DNA of 7,023 nucleotides from Escherichia coli (GTDB lineage Bacteria; Pseudomonadota; Gammaproteobacteria; Enterobacterales; Enterobacteriaceae): NCBI RefSeq assembly GCF_003334785.1, contig NZ_QOWV01000037.1; one strand, 5' to 3'. Shown piece by piece: positions 1 to 6,814 of this stretch (position 1 is its first letter; each line of letters starts with the position of its first letter). The notes under the pieces were generated by a model. It saw only the letters and a program-made list of their open reading frames with translations, ran no database searches and was not told where the DNA came from. The position numbers and the translations under genes were made by a program.

Positions 1-54
1 CCCGCCACCTTTCCGGTGCGCGGGGTTTTGTCTTTTTTCACCGGGAATACATGT

Positions 55-927
55 ATGAATCCGTCTGATGCCATTGAAGCAATTGAAAAACCGCTCTCCT
101 CCCTGCCTTACTCACTTTCCCGTCACATCCTGGAACATCTGCGCAAACTCACCAGCCACGAACCCGTGATTGGCATTATGGGGAAAAGCGGGGCCGGTAA
201 ATCCTCACTCTGTAATGCACTGTTTCAGGGGGAGGTCACCCCGGTCAGTGATGTTCACGCCGGCACCCGGGAAGCGCAGCGCTTCCGTCTGAGTGGCCAT
301 GGTCACAGCATGGTTATCACTGACCTGCCCGGGGTGGGCGAGAGCCGGGACAGGGATGCAGAGTATGAAGCCCTGTACCGTGACATTCTGCTCGAACTGG
401 ACCTGGTACTGTGGCTGATTAAAGCCGATGACCGTGCCCTGTCTGTGGATGAGTATTTCTGGCGACACATCCTGCACCGGGGACATCAGCGGGTACTGTT
501 TGTGGTGACGCAGGCCGATAAAACGGAGCCCTGCCATGAATGGGATATGGCCGGTATTCAGCCTTCTCCCGCACAGGCACAGAACATTCGCGAAAAAACG
601 GAGGCGGTATTCCGTCTGTTCCGGCCCGTACATCCGGTTGTGGCCGTATCGGCCCGCACCGGCTGGGAACTGGATACGCTGGTCAGTGCGCTCATGACAG
701 CGCTTCCCGACCATGCCGCCAGTCCCCTGATGACCCGCCTGCAGGACGAGCTGCGCACGGAATCTGTCCGGTCTCAGGCCCGTGAACAGTTTACCGGTGC
801 GGTGGACCGGATATTTGACACGGCGGAGAGCGTCTGTATTGCCTCTGTTGCACGCACGGTTCTGCGTGCCGTCCGTGACTCGGTGGTCTCTGTTGCCCGC
901 GCTGTATGGAACTGGATTTTCTTCTGA
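55..927 (+). CDS. yeeP: Prophage-associated small GTPase of the YeeP/YfjP/YkfA family. Start is probably the ATG at 55 (protein begins MNPSDAIEAIEK); the ORF track's GTG at 16 is an alternative.
   Basis: The 16..927 ORF carries a Walker A/G1 P-loop GIMGKSGAGKSS, a G3 DxxG in ITDLPGVGE, and TQADK as a G4-like motif. A GGGAA lies about 8 nt upstream of the ATG at 55. Length from 55 is about 290 aa, as expected for this family. Position directly upstream of flu matches CP4-44 synteny; the symbol is assigned from synteny and recalled family similarity, not from a search. Confidence 0.85.
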   Translation: MNPSDAIEAIEKPLSSLPYSLSRHILEHLRKLTSHEPVIGIMGKSGAGKSSLCNALFQGEVTPVSDVHAGTREAQRFRLSGHGHSMVITDLPGVGESRDRDAEYEALYRDILLELDLVLWLIKADDRALSVDEYFWRHILHRGHQRVLFVVTQADKTEPCHEWDMAGIQPSPAQAQNIREKTEAVFRLFRPVHPVVAVSARTGWELDTLVSALMTALPDHAASPLMTRLQDELRTESVRSQAREQFTGAVDRIFDTAESVCIASVARTVLRAVRDSVVSVARAVWNWIFF

Positions 928-1011
928 ACAGTCTGCCAGGGGAAATGCCTGATTACATTGCGTTAACCAACTGAAAACATGATACACCCCCCTCATATCC
1001 ACCTCTTTCTC

Positions 1012-1040
1012 TTGCGTGACTGCCTTGCTGTTAATAGAAT
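1012..1040 (+). promoter_or_regulatory. Putative sigma70 promoter of agn43/flu (TTGCGT, 17-bp spacer, TAGAAT)
   Basis: TTGCGT at 1012-1017 and TAGAAT at 1035-1040 with a 17-bp spacer. The predicted transcription start falls at about 1046-1048, on the first GATC site, as expected for agn43. Confidence 0.5.
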
Positions 1041-1044
1041 AAAA

Positions 1045-1082
1045 CGATCGATAAAACAGGTATCGATCGTTACTATCGATCG
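1045..1082 (+). promoter_or_regulatory. Phase-variation switch of agn43: three Dam GATC sites within the presumed OxyR operator
   Basis: GATC at 1046-1049, 1065-1068 and 1078-1081, each inside a CGATCG palindrome. A near-repeat TATCGATCGTT occurs twice. Three clustered GATC sites just downstream of the -10 are the known hallmark of the Dam/OxyR-controlled agn43 switch. Confidence 0.75.
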
Positions 1083-1273
1083 TTTATAGTGGTTAATGGC
1101 CTGCGAAAAGGCAGTTGAATCTCTTCATCATGCAGAACGGAATTGCACACAACGGACTGATACTTCTCTGGCGGATGAGAGAGGGGAAGCATTTATGTCC
1201 GGGAAAAACCACTTTATCTGACCATGCTGTTTTGTACCTGCCGGTATCCACATTTGTGGGTACCGGCTTTTTT
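1047..1273 (+). ncRNA. agn43 leader RNA, possibly equivalent to the IsrC small RNA, ending at the leader terminator
   Basis: Defined only by the predicted promoter/start at about 1047 and the strong intrinsic terminator at 1240-1273. In K-12 a small RNA is annotated between yeeP and flu. Boundaries are inferred, not observed. Confidence 0.3.
1240..1273 (+). terminator. Rho-independent terminator/attenuator hairpin in the agn43 leader
   Basis: GCCGGTATCCAC (1240-1251) pairs with GTGGGTACCGGC (1256-1267), a 12-bp stem with one G-U pair and a 4-nt loop, followed by TTTTTT at 1268-1273. It sits about 25 nt upstream of the flu start codon. Confidence 0.7.
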
Positions 1274-1298
1274 ATTCACCCTCTGTAAGGAAAAGCTG

Positions 1299-2298
1299 AT
1301 GAAACGACATCTGAACACCAGCTACAGGCTGGTATGGAATCACATTACGGGCACCCTGGTGGTGGCCTCCGAACTGGCCCGCTCACGGGGAAAACGCACC
1401 GGTGTGGCGGTTGCGCTGTCTCTTGCTGCTGTCACGTCAGTCCCGGCACTGGCTGCTGACACGGTTGTACAGGCTGGAGAAACCGTGAACGGCGGAACAC
1501 TGACAAATCATGACAACCAGATTGTCTTCGGTACGGCCAACGGAATGACCATCAGTACCGGGCTGGAACTGGGGCCGGACAGTGAAGAAAACACCGGTGG
1601 GCAATGGATACAGAATAGCGGGATAGCCGGAAATACCACTGTCACCACAAATGGTCGTCAGGTCGTGCTGGAGGGGGGAACAGCCAGTGATACGGTTATT
1701 CGTGACGGCGGGGGGCAGAGCCTGAACGGACTGGCGGTGAACACCACGCTGATTAACAGAGGCGAGCAGTGGGTTCATGAAGGCGGGGTTGCCACCGGCA
1801 CAATTATTAACCGCGACGGTTACCAGAGCGTTAAAAGTGGCGGGCTGGCAACAGGAACCATCATCAACACCGGCTCAGAAGGCGGCCCGGATTCTGACAA
1901 CTCGTACACGGGTCAGAAGGTCCAGGGAACAGCAGAATCCACCACCATCAACAAAAATGGACGGCAGATTATCTTATCTTCCGGGATAGCCCGTGACACT
2001 CTCATTTACGCAGGTGGTGACCAGTCGGTACACGGAAGGGCTCTGAATACCACACTGAATGGCGGTTATCCGCACTTTCAGCTCCCGGGGTGACATGAGC
2101 ATGGGTACAGCCGCCGCCGGCAGTAACATGACGTTCTCACCGTCCCAGAATGGCACGTCACTGGACCTGCAGGCCGGACTGGAAGCCCGTGTCCGGGAAA
2201 ATATCACCCTGGGCGTTCAGGCCGGTTATGCCCACAGCGTCAGCGGCAGCAGCGCTGAAGGCTATAACGGTCAGGCCACGCTGAATATGACTTTCTGA
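1299..2298 (+). pseudogene. flu: Antigen 43 (Flu) autotransporter remnant with a large out-of-frame internal deletion
   Basis: AAGGA RBS at 1287-1291 and ATG at 1299. The N-terminus MKRHLNTSYRLVWNHITG...VPALA/ADTVV is the extended autotransporter signal peptide, followed by about 230 aa of passenger domain with the typical Gly/Thr-rich repeats. Ag43-like sequence ends at ...TTLNGGY (codon ending 2069), and the frame stops at 2091-2093. The extreme C-terminus of Ag43 (VIRTFSSRGDM...GYNGQATLNMTF) resumes in the +1 frame from about 2065 and ends at 2298. Most of the passenger and translocator domains are therefore missing. Confidence 0.85.
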
Positions 2299-2405
2299 TT
2301 ATACGGTATCCCGGAAATACGATTTCAGGAAAATTCATGCAGTAATGGGAAAGGACGCTCATTGCTGTTCACCGCAGTTCTGAATTATTGAATTTATAAA
2401 GGTGA

Positions 2406-4802
2406 ATGATGCACGAAAAGAACATCGCCCTGCTTTGTGATGAAGCCGACCGGCTTTTGCAACTGAATATCAATCTGCTCCGGCAAATGGTTGATGAGCC
2501 GGATGTGTTATCTGACAGTAAGAACGAAAACGGGCTGCTTTTTGATAAACGGAAAGCGCTGAAAAGAATTGAGGAGCTGGAGGGCGAACAAATCAAAACC
2601 GCCCGCAGGGAGATGGTGCTGGCTGTGGTCGGCACGATGAAGGCGGGCAAATCAACCACCATCAACGCCATTGTGGGGCAGGAAATTCTGCCCAACCGTA
2701 ACCGCCCCATGACCTCGGTACCGACATTGATCCGCCACGTTCCCGGAAAAACGGAACCGGTCCTCCATCTGGAACATATTCAGCCCGTCCGCAATTTATT
2801 AATCACACTGCAGGAAAAACTCGCCACCCCAGCAGGGCAGCAAGTCGCACAGTCCCTGCAGCAAACCGGGGATACCCGCGAACTACTGGATATTCTGGCG
2901 GATGATGTCTGGCTTAAAAATGAATACCACGGAGAAGACGAAATCTTTACCGGACTGGCATCGTTAAACGATCTGGTTCGTCTTGCTGCGGCAATGGGGA
3001 CTGAATTTCCTTTTGACGAATACGCAGAAGTGCAGAAACTGCCGGTGATCGACGTGGAGTTCAGCCACCTGGTGGGGATGGATACATGCCAGGGAACACT
3101 CACACTGCTGGATACCCCCGGCCCTAATGAAGCCGGACAACTGCAGATGGAAGTGATGATGCGGGATCAACTGCAGAAAGCCTCTGCGGTGCTGGCGGTG
3201 ATGGATTACACCCAGATGAACTCGAAAGCCGATGAGGAGGTTCGTAAAGAGCTTAATGCCATTGCTGACATATCAGCCGGCCGCCTGTTTGTGCTGGTCA
3301 ATAAATTTGATGAAAAAGACCGCAATGGCGATGGGGCAGATGCCGTACGCCAGAAGGTACCGGCAATGCTGAACAGCGATGTGCTGCCCTCCTCCCGCGT
3401 TTATCCTGGCTCCTCGCGCCAGGCGTACCTAGCTAACCGTGCGCTTCATGAGTTACAAAAAAACGGCACACTTCCTGATGATGAAGCCTGGGTCGATGAT
3501 TTTGTCAGGGAAGCCTTCGGTCGCATGAAAAAAGAATACGTCTGTAAAGACAGCGAACTGGTCACCGAAGGGGCGACAGACCTGTGGGAAGGCTCACTTA
3601 TCGATCAACTGATAACGGAAGTCATACTGAGTTCACACTCCAGAGCTGCGGCACTGGCGGTTGACTCTGCCGCCGCAAAACTGATGCAGAATGCAGAAAA
3701 TGTCAGCGAATATCTGTCATTACGCCATCAGGGGCTGCAACAAAGCATTCAGTCACTGCAGGCGCATATCTCCAGCCTGCTGGCAGATATCCGGGAAATC
3801 GCGGACTGTCAGAATAAGGTGACCGGTGATGTCAGAATGGCCATGGAGGAGATCGATGCTAAAACCCGGGAATTACTGACGGAGGTCTGCGCCTCACTGG
3901 AAGAGGAGCTGAATGCCTATTTCAGAAGCGGTAAACGCAAAGAACAGCAAATGCTGGAAGAAGAAGGCGCAGAACAACGCATATCGCAGCAGGGGATTAT
4001 TGGAAAAATTCGTGAGCAGTTTAGTGTCAGTGCCCCGGGCCATCATTCATGGAAACGAGACTTTGATCCGGACAGCCCCGAGATAAAATTCAGTGATCGC
4101 AGGGAAGCCCTTAAACTGATGACGCAAATCGAATCGACCGTGACTAGCCTGCACCGTGAGGCTGAAGCACAGTTCCGGCCTGAACTGGAAAAAATCGTCA
4201 GGGGTATCGAAACAGGTTTTCGTGGTACGGCCCTGTATGCCACAGAAAATATTGCCGGACGTATCAATGCCCGCCTGGAGGACGAGGGCTTCACTGTAAA
4301 AATCACTTTCCCGGCAGTCAGCCAGTTACAGACCAGGATCGCGGTAAAAACAAATCTGAGTGCGCTTATGGAGGAAAGAACTGAGACAGTCACCCGTCGC
4401 CGTCGGCAGAGTGGTTTCTGGGGAAAGATTTGTGGAGCGTTTGGCACCAGTGACTGGGGCTGGGAAAACTATAAGGAGAATGTGAGCCGCAGTGTGATCA
4501 ATATCAACTCGGTCAGGAAGGAAGTGATGTCACTGACCCGGGCATATTTCGGGGAGTTGCAGGCATCCATTGAGCAGAATATTAACCAGCCCGTCCGCCA
4601 GGAGATCGATGATTTTTTCTGTACATTCAGGGAAAAAGTCGAACAGCTACGTAACACACTCATTCAGAGCTCTGAAGATCATAAACGCGATCAGCAGGCA
4701 CAGGAGCAGCTTACGGAGCGCCTTCAGGCATTAAATGAAAGGGTTCCCGAGCTGATTACTGACAGTAAGGCGTTAAGGGAAGAACTGGAGACACTGCTGT
4801 GA
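2406..4802 (+). CDS. Bacterial dynamin-like protein (large membrane-remodelling GTPase)
   Basis: 798-aa ORF. G1 P-loop GTMKAGKS at nt 2631-2654 (aa 76-83); G3 DTPG at nt 3111-3122 (D236); G4 NKFD at nt 3300-3311 (aa 299-302). Long helical, coiled-coil-like C-terminal region rich in E/Q/L/R, as in dynamin stalks. AAAGGTGA at 2398-2405 upstream of tandem ATGs at 2406 and 2409. Confidence 0.9.
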   Translation: MMHEKNIALLCDEADRLLQLNINLLRQMVDEPDVLSDSKNENGLLFDKRKALKRIEELEGEQIKTARREMVLAVVGTMKAGKSTTINAIVGQEILPNRNRPMTSVPTLIRHVPGKTEPVLHLEHIQPVRNLLITLQEKLATPAGQQVAQSLQQTGDTRELLDILADDVWLKNEYHGEDEIFTGLASLNDLVRLAAAMGTEFPFDEYAEVQKLPVIDVEFSHLVGMDTCQGTLTLLDTPGPNEAGQLQMEVMMRDQLQKASAVLAVMDYTQMNSKADEEVRKELNAIADISAGRLFVLVNKFDEKDRNGDGADAVRQKVPAMLNSDVLPSSRVYPGSSRQAYLANRALHELQKNGTLPDDEAWVDDFVREAFGRMKKEYVCKDSELVTEGATDLWEGSLIDQLITEVILSSHSRAAALAVDSAAAKLMQNAENVSEYLSLRHQGLQQSIQSLQAHISSLLADIREIADCQNKVTGDVRMAMEEIDAKTRELLTEVCASLEEELNAYFRSGKRKEQQMLEEEGAEQRISQQGIIGKIREQFSVSAPGHHSWKRDFDPDSPEIKFSDRREALKLMTQIESTVTSLHREAEAQFRPELEKIVRGIETGFRGTALYATENIAGRINARLEDEGFTVKITFPAVSQLQTRIAVKTNLSALMEERTETVTRRRRQSGFWGKICGAFGTSDWGWENYKENVSRSVININSVRKEVMSLTRAYFGELQASIEQNINQPVRQEIDDFFCTFREKVEQLRNTLIQSSEDHKRDQQAQEQLTERLQALNERVPELITDSKALREELETLL

Positions 4803-5704
4803 CCTCACCATTTATTCAACAAATTGCTGATAACCGGGTATGTCAGGTACTCAGTTGCCTTCCTGAAAAATTTGTGGTTGATTTTGCAAACGGTATTGAT
4901 GTTGCACAGGAGCATAACCGCACGGCCGGGGGGCGCACGTTTTTCCGGCGTTTAAAAGAAGGTCTGACTGGCAAAGGCGCTGTACGCCAGAATGCCATCA
5001 ATGCTTCGCTTGCACAGGGCGTTGAGGCGTCCCTGCGCTGGCTGACGGAGCTGACAACGTCGCTTGCCACCACAAATTACGCGATTACCCGGGTAAACGA
5101 CAGAGTCAGTTCACTGGTCAGTGATACTGCCAGGCTGGCGCATTATTCGGCAGACACGCGGGAGCAGTTACTCACCCTGGCAGAACAGGTTCATCAGAAA
5201 CTGAATCATCTTGAAGAAAAACTCCACCGTGTTGACCAGGTTCAGCGGGCACAGTTACATCTTGAGCAGATATTCTCATGGTGGAGCGCCGGGCGATACG
5301 CGTCCATTTCCCCTGCCGGACGTTGTTATGTGGCGCTTGAAGAGCTTCGCTGGGGCGCGTTTGGTGATGTGATACGTCAGGGTGAAACAGGCCAGGTTAA
5401 CCAGTTACTGGATATCCTCAGACATAAAGCATTAACGCAAATGGCACAGGAGAATGGCGGTAGCGCAACAGTACGTCTGAACACACTGGACTGGCTTGGT
5501 GGTCAGAGCCGGGAACAGGCTGATAACGAATGGCATGAAGCGGTTAACTGGCTGGGGGACTGGTGCAGTGAAGAGCGGCATCCTGTGATCTGGTCAACCA
5601 CACAGGCTGCAGAACACTTACCGGTTCGTATGCCCCGTCTCTGCTCTGCAGAACGCCTCTCTGAAAGTATGGTTGATGAAATATTTCAGAAGGGGGAGGC
5701 ATGA
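4799..5704 (+). CDS. Dynamin-associated partner protein of unknown function (possibly RdcB/YjcZ-like)
   Basis: 301-aa ORF with a GTG start at 4799 overlapping the upstream TGA stop (GTGA). GGAG at 4787-4790 lies 8 nt upstream. No catalytic motif recognised. Size and position immediately downstream of a dynamin-like GTPase resemble the chromosomal yjdA-yjcZ (rdcA-rdcB) pair of E. coli; this is an architectural analogy, not a verified homology. Confidence 0.75.
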   Translation: MTSPFIQQIADNRVCQVLSCLPEKFVVDFANGIDVAQEHNRTAGGRTFFRRLKEGLTGKGAVRQNAINASLAQGVEASLRWLTELTTSLATTNYAITRVNDRVSSLVSDTARLAHYSADTREQLLTLAEQVHQKLNHLEEKLHRVDQVQRAQLHLEQIFSWWSAGRYASISPAGRCYVALEELRWGAFGDVIRQGETGQVNQLLDILRHKALTQMAQENGGSATVRLNTLDWLGGQSREQADNEWHEAVNWLGDWCSEERHPVIWSTTQAAEHLPVRMPRLCSAERLSESMVDEIFQKGEA

Positions 5705-6771
5705 GTACAGAAATGAAAACGGGGCTGGTGCTGTCCGGCGGCGGGGCGGTGGGCGCTTATCAGGCGGGAGTGGTTAAGGCACTGGCAGAGTGCGGCGCAC
5801 AGATCAGTATGGTCTCAGGAGCCAGTATCGGGGCTCTCAATGGTGCCATTATCACGGCCTCTCCCGATCTGTCAGAAGCCGCCTTACGCCTGGAGGCGCT
5901 CTGGGATCATCTGGGGAATAATCAGGTTCTGTCGGTAAACAGATCGGTTTACTTTTCATTGCTGAAAAAACTGGTTCAGGCCATGAACCTCTGCCAGATC
6001 CCCGGACGTGCGGGCGCACTGCTTACGACGCTTTTTCGCCATATATCGACAATCAACGGGTTCGACAATCCGATGATTCAGCCGCTGTTGTCAGATGAGC
6101 CCCTGACAGCGCTGATGGATCATTATCTTGATACAGATGCTCTGGCCGACGGGCTACCGCTGTACGTGTCGCTGTACCCCACAGAAGGAGGCATGCAGGA
6201 TATTATTGACTGCATTCGTGCTGAACTGGGTGCCGGAACCACGAAAAACGCTGTTTTTCAGCATATCCAGAGTCTGCCCCGCGGGCAGCAGAAAGAAGCC
6301 TTACTGGCGTCAGCCGCGCTGCCTCTGCTGTTCCGTCCCCGCGAGGTTCAGGGAACAATGTACGGTGATGGTGGGATGGGCGGATGGCGAAACAGGCAGG
6401 GGAATACTCCCGTGACGCCACTGGTGGATGCCGGATGCAATATGGTGATTGTGACGCATCTGAGTGACGGTTCTTTATGGGATCGTCGGGCTTATCCGGA
6501 CACCACAATCCTTGAAATCCGTCCCCGGAAAAGGTTGAAACAAATCGGGGACGAAGGCAAAAGTGGCGGTCTGCTCAGTTTTACATCGGCACATACCGAC
6601 GCCTGGCGTCAGCAGGGCTACGAGGACACGATGCTGACGATGGAGCATATCCGGAAACCGCTGGCAGCACGTCAGGCACTGACCCGGTCAGAGACGGTAT
6701 TGCAGAAAAGCCTGGAGATAACTGAAGGTGCAGATTCGGCACTGAGAAACGCGATGGCCCGGATTAAATAA
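5701..6771 (+). CDS. Patatin-like phospholipase (PNPLA family, Ser-Asp dyad)
   Basis: 356-aa ORF. Strong SD AGGGGGAGG at 5691-5699; ATG at 5701 overlaps the upstream stop (ATGA). Gly-rich oxyanion motif LSGGGAVGAY (aa 12-20); nucleophile elbow G-A-S-I-G with Ser42 at nt 5824-5826; DGG motif in MYGDGGMGG about 180 aa after the serine, the usual patatin dyad spacing. Confidence 0.9.
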   Translation: MSTEMKTGLVLSGGGAVGAYQAGVVKALAECGAQISMVSGASIGALNGAIITASPDLSEAALRLEALWDHLGNNQVLSVNRSVYFSLLKKLVQAMNLCQIPGRAGALLTTLFRHISTINGFDNPMIQPLLSDEPLTALMDHYLDTDALADGLPLYVSLYPTEGGMQDIIDCIRAELGAGTTKNAVFQHIQSLPRGQQKEALLASAALPLLFRPREVQGTMYGDGGMGGWRNRQGNTPVTPLVDAGCNMVIVTHLSDGSLWDRRAYPDTTILEIRPRKRLKQIGDEGKSGGLLSFTSAHTDAWRQQGYEDTMLTMEHIRKPLAARQALTRSETVLQKSLEITEGADSALRNAMARIK

Positions 6772-6790
6772 AGACGCTCCGGAGAAACGC

Positions 6791-6814
6791 CACCGCCACT
6801 GTGGTGGTGTTTTT
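6791..6814 (+). terminator. Putative Rho-independent terminator of the three-gene operon
   Basis: CACCGCCA (6791-6798) pairs with TGGTGGTG (6802-6809), an 8-bp stem with one G-U pair, followed by TTTTT at 6810-6814, about 20 nt after the stop at 6771. Moderate stem quality. Confidence 0.45.

Noticed and set aside
540-785. Short ORFs nested in the GTPase gene (540..785 + and 558..758 -)
   Set aside because: Alternative-frame and antisense artefacts inside a confidently called CDS; Pro/Gly/Arg-rich translations typical of off-frame GC-rich sequence.
205-1002. 265-aa ORF on the - strand overlapping the yeeP-like GTPase gene
   Set aside because: It is entirely antisense to a gene with clear GTPase motifs, its translation is low-complexity and Arg/Gly-rich as expected from the reverse frame of GC-rich coding DNA, and it has no recognisable motifs or RBS context.
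1224-1298. Upstream extension of the flu ORF (MLFCTCRYPHLW...) from the ATG at 1224
   Set aside because: This stretch overlaps the leader terminator hairpin (1240-1273). The Ag43 signal peptide begins at the ATG at 1299, which has a proper AAGGA RBS, so the extension is an ORF-finder artefact.
1437-2207. ORFs 1437..1778 (-), 1777..1989 (+) and 1974..2207 (-) inside the flu remnant
   Set aside because: Off-frame or antisense to recognisable Ag43 passenger sequence; no RBS or motif support.
2059-2298. 79-aa ORF called as a separate gene
   Set aside because: From residue 3 onward it is the extreme C-terminus of Ag43 in the +1 frame relative to the upstream flu fragment. It is part of the flu pseudogene, not an independent gene; its leading ATG is fortuitous.
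2369-4663. Antisense ORFs within the dynamin-like gene (2369..2710, 2780..3103, 2964..3170, 4043..4447, 4469..4663, all -)
   Set aside because: All lie opposite a long CDS with canonical GTPase motifs. Their translations are Ser/Arg-rich low-complexity with no start context, so they are most likely non-coding.
2406-4802. Interpreting the dynamin-like gene as LeoA of the Eleos/LeoABC system
   Set aside because: As I recall it, that system has a second, split dynamin (LeoB/LeoC). Here only one GTPase domain is present and the downstream genes are a non-GTPase partner and a patatin lipase, so the architecture does not match. Homology to LeoA itself cannot be excluded without a search.
4843-5073. 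76-aa antisense ORF within the partner-protein gene
   Set aside because: Antisense to a translationally coupled operon gene; no independent support.
6128-6508. ORFs 6128..6415 (+) and 6203..6508 (-) overlapping the patatin gene
   Set aside because: Alternative-frame and antisense ORFs inside a CDS with intact patatin motifs; Cys/Arg/Pro-rich translations typical of frame artefacts.
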